A DNA stretch of 11,559 bases from Synechococcus sp. (GTDB lineage: Bacteria > Cyanobacteriota > Cyanobacteriia > Thermostichales > PCC-7336), in contig JBFRWD010000018.1 in NCBI GenBank assembly GCA_051439425.1, forward strand, positions 1 to 11,559, read 5' to 3'. Position numbers and translations under genes: made by a program. The notes beneath the pieces are model-generated. The model saw only the letters and a program-made list of their open reading frames with translations. It had not been told where the DNA came from and did no database searches. Every line of letters begins with the position of its first letter. The stretch's first letter is position 1. Below, one piece after another: positions 1-6,300 of the stretch.

Positions 1-334
1 CCCAATAAGAATGGATTGACTTGCCTCCGGTGAAGACTTGAGCTGTTGGTTCGGGCAAGCCGTGCTCCTTCCAAAGTGTGCGCTGCTCTTCAATCGGCAA
101 ATCGTCATGCTCGATGAAGATTGCTCGCCCTTGAGTAATATCGCCATCGCTGTTGCCTCCACCATTCACCACGAAGTAGACGTTGACGCCCTGTGGTTGC
201 TTTAGCTGGGCCACCTTGGATGCGGGCAGGGTGAGTTTGCGCGGCTTACCTTCACCAATCAGTCGAAGGTTTACACGATCGTCCGCGCGATACCCTACCA
301 ACTCAAGCTGCTGCACTGCTGCTGGATGGGTCAT
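1..334 (-). CDS. Phage/plasmid primase, RepB'-like AEP domain (5' part only; runs off window). Not in the ORF track
   Basis: ATG at 334 overlaps the upstream stop (ATGA), with SD GGAGGTGA at 345-338. Translation MTHPAAVQQLELVGYRADDRVNLRLIG...NVYFVVNGGGNSDGDITQGRAIFIEHDDLPIEEQRTLWKEHGLPEPTAQVFTGGKSIHSYW contains the ExD (FIEHDD) and TGGKSxHxYW motifs of RepB-type AEP primases. Confidence 0.85.
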   Translation of the reverse strand, partial: MTHPAAVQQLELVGYRADDRVNLRLIGEGKPRKLTLPASKVAQLKQPQGVNVYFVVNGGGNSDGDITQGRAIFIEHDDLPIEEQRTLWKEHGLPEPTAQVFTGGKSIHSYW

Positions 335-573
335 CTCTCACCTCCCCGCTCTACCAGCCACATCTCGAACAACTTGCGAAATTCAGCGCGGGGAATGTTG
401 TAGAGAGGAGCTAGTCTGACAAGACGGAACCGACGCCGACATAGATTTGTATCGTTGGCGATCGCTTCGAACGACTGACACAGTTGGTCGTACTCTTCCA
501 GGCGCTGGTCAAGCAGGCCTACTACGATGGAGGCACTAGTGTCGTCCCTCACCGCATTCCGTCTAATATTCAA
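331..573 (-). CDS. Hypothetical helical protein (80 aa), translationally coupled to the primase
   Basis: TTG start preceded by AGGAG; its TGA overlaps the primase ATG. Confidence 0.7.
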   Translation of the reverse strand: MNIRRNAVRDDTSASIVVGLLDQRLEEYDQLCQSFEAIANDTNLCRRRFRLVRLAPLYNIPRAEFRKLFEMWLVERGGER

Positions 574-682
574 TTGGATCTCCTGCGGTACATGCCGCCG
601 TGAGGTTTACAGACAGGTGGAAGGCCATTGGGGTCAGAGCGGTGGCACCCGCTCTTTCGCCGTTAAATGGTCTTTCATCTTG

Positions 683-712
683 AACTCCCCTAAGGCCGGG
701 GAGTTTTTATTT
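683..712 (+). terminator. Inverted repeat AACTCCCC-N7-GGGGAGTT followed by a T-rich tail on + (possible intrinsic terminator or operator)
   Basis: Perfect 8-bp stem at 683-690/698-705 followed by TTTATTT. It lies just downstream of the RHH stop, but the T tail is on the antisense strand. Confidence 0.55.
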
Positions 713-874
713 GGAATGGAGATTGTACTGAGGCAAAGTCTCGATGAACTCGCTGACGATCTCACTCTTACTGGCACCCTTCACCGCACAGTGAATTTCC
801 AGGTTCCGGAGCTGAGCTTGCGATACGCGAACATTCAACTGACACGGTTCATCCGAACTCAAACAGGCGGTCAT
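707..874 (-). CDS. Ribbon-helix-helix (CopG/Arc-like) DNA-binding protein, 55 aa. Not in the ORF track
   Basis: MTACLSSDEPCQLNVRVSQAQLRNLEIHCAVKGASKSEIVSEFIETLPQYNLHSK: alternating beta strand LNVRVS, helix A, G-x-S-K-S-E-I-V turn and helix B, the RHH pattern. Heads the primase operon. Confidence 0.8.
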   Translation of the reverse strand: MTACLSSDEPCQLNVRVSQAQLRNLEIHCAVKGASKSEIVSEFIETLPQYNLHSK

Positions 875-877
875 GTC

Positions 878-932
878 TACATAGTTTAGATAGTTACATC
901 TCTAGTGTCGCGATGGAAAATATAATTGTCAA
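878..932 (-). promoter_or_regulatory. Putative promoter/operator region of the RHH-primase operon
   Basis: TTGACA on minus at 932-927; weak -10 (GACACT) at 17-nt spacing; short direct repeats ATAGTT at 881-886 and 890-895. Confidence 0.35.
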
Positions 933-1735
933 GAGTTTCGCTCGCATGCTTTGCGAAACTGCTCGATATCTGAGTATCTGACTAGGCGATAAAGGTGAGG
1001 CTTTTGGGTGTGTGGCTTTACCCTTTGGATCCGATAGGGGAAGCGCTCGTAAGGCTTGTCGCTTCCATGCCGACTAAAATGCTGTGCAATCGCGCCCCTT
1101 TTCGGGCCGTCATCAGGATCTTTCGATTCAATGAACCTGACTATAGCTGCTAGCCTTCCGCTGTACTCTTCCTCAACAAGGGACGCTAGTTCCTCTAGAT
1201 CTTCTACTTTGTAAGTTGTGCCATCGGGCCTTCTAATGAGCACACCGTCACCAAGTCCTCCGATGATTCTGTGCCCTTGTGGGAGCGATTTGGGCAAGTC
1301 AAATGGATCGAATGTTTGGGCGTGAAGAGCACCTACACCAGTTTCTACAGCCTTTTCCACAGCAGCCTTTGAACCTTCCAATCCCCAGAGTTCAAAAACA
1401 GGCTGCGCTCTCCCCTGCTCTGCTGACTTGGCGATTTCATACGGGCCGCGCTTCCAACGATCCGTGCTTGGGAGCGGCTCGAAGCTCTTAATTGCTTCAA
1501 GATCTGAAGGACTCGGCTTTCTCCTCGGATCGTGAATATCAAACCATGCAAGGATTTCCGTGAGAGCCCCTTTATAGATTAGCTCCGACTGGGGCTGCGC
1601 CTTAATCCCAGCAGCCTTAGACAATTCTGCGATCGCTGCTTCGAGTTCAGCGATTCGCTCCTCTAATCCTTGCTTTCGGCTTGGCGGCTGCCTGTTCTCA
1701 TCCGAACCTGCGCTCTCCGGCGCTGATGCTTTTTT
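929..1735 (-). CDS. C-terminal frame of a frameshifted Xre fusion (linker + coiled coil + unknown domain + possible C-terminal winged helix)
   Basis: The 231-aa ORF (TTG 1624) lacks a well-spaced RBS, but its frame stays open upstream to 1735, reading KKASAPESAGSDENRQPPSRKQGLEERIAELEAAIAELSKAAG. It begins exactly at the A7 run inside xre. Confidence 0.7.
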   Translation of the reverse strand, partial: KKASAPESAGSDENRQPPSRKQGLEERIAELEAAIAELSKAAGIKAQPQSELIYKGALTEILAWFDIHDPRRKPSPSDLEAIKSFEPLPSTDRWKRGPYEIAKSAEQGRAQPVFELWGLEGSKAAVEKAVETGVGALHAQTFDPFDLPKSLPQGHRIIGGLGDGVLIRRPDGTTYKVEDLEELASLVEEEYSGRLAAIVRFIESKDPDDGPKRGAIAQHFSRHGSDKPYERFPYRIQRVKPHTQKPHLYRLVRYSDIEQFRKACERNS

Positions 1736-1953
1736 TCAAAGTCTTCGGCCTCCAAATCGCTGAATAGGTCAGAGACGGCACAACCCAGCGCCTCCGTCAG
1801 ACGATGTACTTTAACAATCCAATCCAGGCCAGCTTTGCCCTGTTCCCAATTTCGGATGCTCACCTCCGTAACACCAACTGCCTCAGCTAGCTCGCGCTGA
1901 GTTAGATTCGCTTCCTTTCGAAGCTCGCCAATTCTGCTCACGGGGATACCCAT
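1663..1953 (-). CDS. Xre/Cro-CI family HTH transcriptional repressor (96 aa in frame 0)
   Basis: IGELRKEANLTQRELAEAVGVTEVSIRNWEQG...LTEALGCAVSDLF is a canonical HTH_3 pattern; transcribed divergently from the promoter at 2001. Confidence 0.93.
   Translation of the reverse strand: MGIPVSRIGELRKEANLTQRELAEAVGVTEVSIRNWEQGKAGLDWIVKVHRLTEALGCAVSDLFSDLEAEDFEKKHQRRRAQVRMRTGSRQAESKD
1701..1753 (-). promoter_or_regulatory. Putative -1 programmed ribosomal frameshift signal
   Basis: Internal SD GGAGG (1753-1749), 13-nt spacer, in-frame heptamer A_AAA_AAG (1735-1729), 5-nt spacer, stem GCGC-CGGAGA-GCGC (1723-1710) whose loop CGGA can pair with downstream TTCG (1706-1703). Confidence 0.6.
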
Positions 1954-1967
1954 AGGTTTGTTGTACT

Positions 1968-2030
1968 AGAAATATATCGTAAATTTCTTTTCTTAAACTA
2001 TTGACACCACAAAGAAGTTTTCCGTACCAT
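1968..2030 (+). promoter_or_regulatory. Rightward sigma70 promoter and candidate repressor operators
   Basis: TTGACA (2001-2006), 18 nt, TACCAT (2025-2030). Inverted repeat AGAAAT-N9-ATTTCT at 1968-1988; imperfect inverted pair CGTAAATTTCTTT (1978-1990) / AAAGAAGTTTTCCG (2011-2024). Confidence 0.7.
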
Positions 2031-2079
2031 CAAGTCATCAGCCGGACGACGCTACATACCCGGCGAAAGGATTTCAAGC

Positions 2080-2526
2080 ATGCAACTCTCTACTTTCTCC
2101 CCCGAAACTACCAAGCGCGAACTGCTGGAGTTCTGCAAAGGTCGCGTTCTTGGCTACAGCAAGCACTCGAAGCAAGGCAAGGCTGCACTGCTTGCGTTCG
2201 TCAATCGTTGGATTGCTGCTGAGAGCGTTGACGAGTTGATCGATGACGTTGAGCCGTCTGTTAAATACCTGAAATCTAGGGATTTTGATCGGCAGCCTAC
2301 TGAAGCACCCGCACCGGTTGCTCCTACAGTCGCCGCCTACACCGTCTATCTCGCCACCATCGTGGTTGGAACGCTGATTCTGTGGCTGTTGGACATCCCG
2401 CTACTGGCGCTCAAGGTCTGGCGCTTTGCTCAGCAACAGTGGATCGATGTTCGGCTGCAGTTGCAGTACGTCGAGTGGCCGCAAGTTTGGCTGCCGGCGA
2501 TGCAACTCGCAATTGTCAACTGGTAG
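2080..2526 (+). CDS. Hypothetical protein with N-terminal Rho-N/HeH-like motif and C-terminal transmembrane helix
   Basis: RBS AAAGGA. TTKRELLEFCKGRVLGYSK..KQGKAALL resembles helix-extended-helix domains; hydrophobic segment VAAYTVYLATIVVGTLILWLLDIPLLAL. Confidence 0.7.
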   Translation: MQLSTFSPETTKRELLEFCKGRVLGYSKHSKQGKAALLAFVNRWIAAESVDELIDDVEPSVKYLKSRDFDRQPTEAPAPVAPTVAAYTVYLATIVVGTLILWLLDIPLLALKVWRFAQQQWIDVRLQLQYVEWPQVWLPAMQLAIVNW

Positions 2527-2587
2527 ATCGATGGGCCTGGGCACGCCTTGAAACTGTCCGATCACCCTCACACAAAGGAGCGATCAA

Positions 2588-3151
2588 ATGAATGAAATCA
2601 GCCCAAAAAGTTACACCCGCATCTTGGCCCTGGCTTGTGCCGCTCGGGACTGTTTTCCCCGCGACCGAGCACTGCAGTACGTCGAGCACCAGCTTTTGGG
2701 CGAGCACGATGCGTGGGGGATCTCAGCCGGTAGTGAGCTCCTGTGGGCTGAGCGGTTCGTAAAGGAAGCTGGACACCCCGAGTACTGGAATCTGTCAGAG
2801 GAAGAGCGGCCCACGTTTGAGGCGTTGTGCGGCGACTTCAAATCGATGATCGAGGGAGAGCACCCGATCCTTAGCCCAGGCAGGGTTGAGCTATTAGCAA
2901 ATCGAATGAGGGAGAAGGACAACGAGAACTACTTGAAGTTACTTCTCTGTGCTGGATATGCGCTCAGCCAGGAAACGTTCGAGGCAGTGAAGAGAGCGAC
3001 CGAGCGCGAGCTGGTTTTGCAGGGACACGACGAGACAACCGCGCATCACGCATCACTCTATTTCATACAGCTAGCCCGGTCCCCGAAGAAGTGGGACCTC
3101 ACAGAGGAAGAAATCGAGTGGGTTGAGGAGTTCGCTGAGTCGCTGGATTAA
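2588..3151 (+). CDS. Hypothetical protein with an internally duplicated helical domain (187 aa)
   Basis: RBS AAAGGAG; repeated motif FVKEAGHPEYWNLSEEE / FIQLARSPKKWDLTEEE. Confidence 0.8.
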   Translation: MNEISPKSYTRILALACAARDCFPRDRALQYVEHQLLGEHDAWGISAGSELLWAERFVKEAGHPEYWNLSEEERPTFEALCGDFKSMIEGEHPILSPGRVELLANRMREKDNENYLKLLLCAGYALSQETFEAVKRATERELVLQGHDETTAHHASLYFIQLARSPKKWDLTEEEIEWVEEFAESLD

Positions 3152-3258
3152 GAACGCAACGGGGCTGGCATCCCCTCACCACTGCTCCAAAGTCAAAAGC
3201 GACTACTGACCGTGCAAAGTACGTAGCCGCCTGTAAACCTAAACCAAGGTCTAGCCCA

Positions 3259-3474
3259 ATGGTACACACAACAACAGTCACAGTTCAGCAACTCATGTCA
3301 CCGGCAGAACGGGCCCAAGATGCCATCAAACTTGCCCGTAAGGCACTTAACGAAATGAGTTGGGCTGCTAGTGAAGGCGATCTAGTTGAGGCGCTAGGAC
3401 ACGAGTCAGAGGTTTCCTGTCAGCTGTCGCGATTGGAAGGAATCATCTGCAGGCTGACTTACAAACAGCAGTAG
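3259..3474 (+). CDS. Small helical hypothetical protein (71 aa)
   Basis: AAGG upstream of ATG; amphipathic helices; collinear with the operon. Confidence 0.65.
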   Translation: MVHTTTVTVQQLMSPAERAQDAIKLARKALNEMSWAASEGDLVEALGHESEVSCQLSRLEGIICRLTYKQQ

Positions 3475-3537
3475 CCTCGCAGTCCTTATCAGCGACGTTC
3501 TGTTCCTCATCACATCAAACTTTCAAGAGGTAAAGTC

Positions 3538-3747
3538 ATGACTAATAGCCAAGCAAAAACTACAGCAACTGTTCCCTTATCAGCTGAAGATACAAGGCTA
3601 CTGGCCGCAGCACTCTGCACTTTGCAAGCGGAGGGAGTAACACTGATCTTGTCGGAGGCCGAAACCGAGCAACTAACACAGAGACTCGGAATCAAGCTGA
3701 ATTTTGATGATGCGCTCGCGACTGCCGAGTCATTCGCAAAGTCGTAG
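3538..3747 (+). CDS. Small hypothetical protein (69 aa), paralog of 6761..7000
   Basis: RBS GAGG; 20/44 ungapped identities with the minus-strand ORF at 6761. Confidence 0.75.
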   Translation: MTNSQAKTTATVPLSAEDTRLLAAALCTLQAEGVTLILSEAETEQLTQRLGIKLNFDDALATAESFAKS

Positions 3748-3786
3748 CCGTTCGCTATGAATGGTTAAGGGTCTGCGCCGAACCAT

Positions 3787-3836
3787 TAACCGGCTTACGG
3801 CAATGCTTACGGTACCTCAGTCTGGGGTACCGGTTA
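3787..3836 (+). other. Stem-loop after the early operon (possible terminator or RNA structure)
   Basis: GGTACCTCAG-T-CTGGGGTACC (3811-3831, one G-U pair); alternative pairing TAACCGG (3787)/CCGGTTA (3830); GCTTACGG direct repeat. Confidence 0.4.
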
Positions 3837-4365
3837 CTCGGCCCTCTACTGTGCCAAGCTGCTTTAATTCCCCAGGATGCAGGCATTTTTCTACATCCAA
3901 GCTTCGCAATGAACTAAATTCAAAGCAGAAATCATTATCCTTTTCTCAAGAGAGTATAGGTTTACTCCTGACAAGCAATTTAGCTGTCTGGTGCCTGACA
4001 AACATAATGCAAACTGTATGTGGAACCAACCTCTCTTCAATTCCCATTACTCAATACAGCATTGAAAATTCTGTGAAATCGTAGAGTTCCCATGACTGAC
4101 TGTTCGATTAGTGAATAATACGATTTCCTCTTTCTTGAAAGTTGCGTGTATTTTCGGACAGCCCATCCGAAGACTTTGGGGAATCGTAACGTATCACTAC
4201 ACTCCTTATCCGTTTGATCTGCTTGGTCTCTTGCAATCCCTTTTGCCCATAGACTGTAGGTAAGTGGTGCCTGAGTGGACTTTTTCAGTTCTATTCTATT
4301 TCTCCGGGCAACGTGCATCTTTGTTCCATTGCTCATGAGAATGTCTTGCGATCGAGCTACTAACC

Positions 4366-4890
4366 ATGGCAACCAAGAACACGTACCAAAATACTCTCAA
4401 AAAAGATTTTGGCATCAACAAGAATATCTCTGAGGCACTGACCGAAGAGCAATGTAAAGAATTACTGGAACGTCTTCAGAACGATGACGGTACTCTGAAT
4501 CTGGTCAGGTCTTTTATCGGCAAGAACAAAGAATTGTCGAAAAATAACAGTCAATACGGACGCCAACGAGAAGACGCCAAGAGAAAGTTAGAGGCCCTGA
4601 GAATTGAGTTTGATAATTATAAAGCTGCCGATGATGGGGGTAAGGAGACAGTCCCTGTAGAGCTGACCGAAGATATGAAGGCCCTGCAGGATGAAAACAC
4701 ACAGCTGAAGCTTGAGCTGTCAGCTTTAAAAGCCAATAATGATGATTTGATGCGCGACAACAGACACTTATCCAATCTTGTAAATCTCATCAAGCTTAGA
4801 ACGACCCAAGGCATCAGAAAAATGATTTCTGGGCCAGACTCAGAGGTCAAAAGGGAGCTAGCAAAATTTCTTGAATCCACTTTAGGGTGA
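4366..4890 (+). CDS. Coiled-coil protein (174 aa), gene 1 of the three-gene HNH operon
   Basis: Long ORF with heptads (LQDENTQLKLELSALKANNDDLMRDNRHLSNLV); its stop overlaps the next start (GTGA). Confidence 0.85.
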   Translation: MATKNTYQNTLKKDFGINKNISEALTEEQCKELLERLQNDDGTLNLVRSFIGKNKELSKNNSQYGRQREDAKRKLEALRIEFDNYKAADDGGKETVPVELTEDMKALQDENTQLKLELSALKANNDDLMRDNRHLSNLVNLIKLRTTQGIRKMISGPDSEVKRELAKFLESTLG

Positions 4891-5306
4891 GGCTTGACGG
4901 CATCGTGGCAAAAGCGAAGCGCACATACAGGGGAATGAGTTATCGCGAAGTACAGCGATCAAACTCTACATCACGCTCCCAGCTCTCAATGGAGCTGCAA
5001 AAAGAACTTAAGCACAACAGTTTTAGAAACGTGGGGTGGGATAACGTCATTGCTCTACATAACGAGATTGCTCGAATGCTTCACCTAGAGAGCATGTCTC
5101 TTGAAGAGCTCTACCTAGAAGCAGACCGAGTTGGCAATAAGTATTTGTCGAAGCAAGAGATAGCCTCTCACCGCCAGGCATTAGCCATAGAAGTTGATGC
5201 CATATCCCAAACACTTGATGAACTCTACCCTGCTGGCCCGCGAGAAGAGATCGACTTTTCAAAGACAGCTAGTACTGGCCGTTCTCGCAGAAGGGCTAGA
5301 CAATAA
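4887..5306 (+). CDS. Helical hypothetical protein (139 aa), gene 2 of the three-gene HNH operon
   Basis: Coupled on both sides (GTGA, TAATG); carries SLEELYLEADRVGNKY, also present in the HNH N-terminus. Confidence 0.85.
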   Translation: MRLDGIVAKAKRTYRGMSYREVQRSNSTSRSQLSMELQKELKHNSFRNVGWDNVIALHNEIARMLHLESMSLEELYLEADRVGNKYLSKQEIASHRQALAIEVDAISQTLDELYPAGPREEIDFSKTASTGRSRRRARQ

Positions 5307-5767
5307 TGAAAAATGACATTGATTTCGAAAACTTGTCTATTCAGGAGCTGTATCAAGCAGCGTCTCGGATTGGCAATAAACGCTACCATCGTTTGACAAC
5401 AAAGGATTTGGAGGACTACCGCCAGTACGAGAAGTGGCGGTATATCTGCGGTCAGAGTGAATGTGGAACCACCAGAGAAAGCCAAGAGTGGGTCAGAAGG
5501 CATTCAAGCCACTATTGCCCTGTCTGTGACCTGGCCTATCAGCGGAGCAGGGGCAGAAGTATTGACCACAAGTTGCCCCGAGCCAAATACCCCTGGCTGT
5601 CACTAAACTTCGATAATTTCTGGGTCATCTGTAGACACTGTAACCGTGAAAAGGGAGAAATGGATTGGCTAGAATACGAACATTTCATCTTCACCGAGCG
5701 TGAGCACCTCTATCCGCTAATCAGAAGTCAGCGCCCTTCAATCCTTCTTAGAAACCTCGCGACTTAA
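5306..5767 (+). CDS. Zn-binding HNH endonuclease (153 aa), gene 3 of the operon
   Basis: CPVC...SIDHKLPRAKYP...DNFWVICRHCNREKG: CxxC/CxxC zinc knuckle with D-H...N...N catalytic pattern. Confidence 0.92.
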   Translation: MKNDIDFENLSIQELYQAASRIGNKRYHRLTTKDLEDYRQYEKWRYICGQSECGTTRESQEWVRRHSSHYCPVCDLAYQRSRGRSIDHKLPRAKYPWLSLNFDNFWVICRHCNREKGEMDWLEYEHFIFTEREHLYPLIRSQRPSILLRNLAT

Positions 5768-5807
5768 GAATTGGCCAGCACATTTATGGCTGTTCCAGAC
5801 TGCAAAT

Positions 5808-5975
5808 GAGAGTGTTGACTCTCCTTCAATTCACTTGAGATTCGTTGATGGCAGTTCGGCTTGAAATCCCAAAGCCTCTTAGCCACAGGACTAAGATAAT
5901 CCCGAGCTCCGGATTCAGGGCTTGGGGTATGTTGCGATCACTCCCCGCTTGCTTTCAGCAAGCTCAGATATCTGA
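5808..5975 (+). other. Cluster of tandem hairpins downstream of the HNH gene (structured 3' UTR, ncRNA or terminators)
   Basis: Stems at 5808-5823, 5858-5876, 5877-5896, 5899-5928 (with G-U pairs favouring +), 5947-5963 and 5964-5975. Confidence 0.35.
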
Positions 5976-5979
5976 AACC

Positions 5980-6108
5980 TCAGTGGCAATGATAAGGCTG
6001 GCTTCCTGCATGACATCCCTGATTGTTAGTTCCCCCTGAATGGGATAACGACGGGCTTGCGAAGGCAAGAAAAGCTAAGGGTAGTAAGACTATGATGATG
6101 GCTTTCAT
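5980..6108 (-). CDS. Secreted YHYH-domain-type His/Cys peptide, 42 aa. Not in the ORF track
   Basis: MKAIIIVLLPLAFLAFASPSLS|HSGGTNNQGCHAGSQPYHCH: Sec signal peptide followed by the H-S-G-G-T...G-C-H...Y-H-C-H motif of YHYH-domain proteins; GGAG upstream. Confidence 0.85.
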   Translation of the reverse strand: MKAIIIVLLPLAFLAFASPSLSHSGGTNNQGCHAGSQPYHCH

Positions 6109-6222
6109 TCCTGCAACTCCAGTAACTGCACATCACCTCTTCTCTATTCTTCTAAAGGTGCTTTCATTTAGCAATTCTGGATTGCACAGTATTAGGGATT
6201 CCCAGTATTTTACTTCTCACTA

Positions 6223-6245
6223 AACTCCCTAGATCCAAGGGAGTT
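6223..6245. promoter_or_regulatory. Inverted repeat AACTCCC-N9-GGGAGTT between divergent genes
   Basis: Same arms and spacing as 683-705. Confidence 0.45.
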
Positions 6246-6300
6246 AGATCTCTGCTGCGTTGTCAATCCATTCCTACCAGTGAAGAGCTGCGGGAATACG

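Noticed and set aside
183..889. Plus-strand ORFs 183..419 and 527..889
   Set aside because: Antisense to better-supported primase, 80-aa and RHH genes.
3761..4372. ORFs 3761..4084 (+) and 4037..4372 (-)
   Set aside because: No recognisable motif or RBS and atypical composition; more likely the non-coding upstream region of the HNH operon or decayed sequence.
5306..5975. IscB/HEARO-type RNA-guided HNH system
   Set aside because: The protein is only 153 aa, with no PLMP or RuvC motifs, and is embedded in a coupled three-gene operon.
5845..6223. Plus-strand ORFs 5845..6039 and 6023..6223
   Set aside because: They overlap the motif-supported YHYH peptide gene on the opposite strand and have no features of their own.
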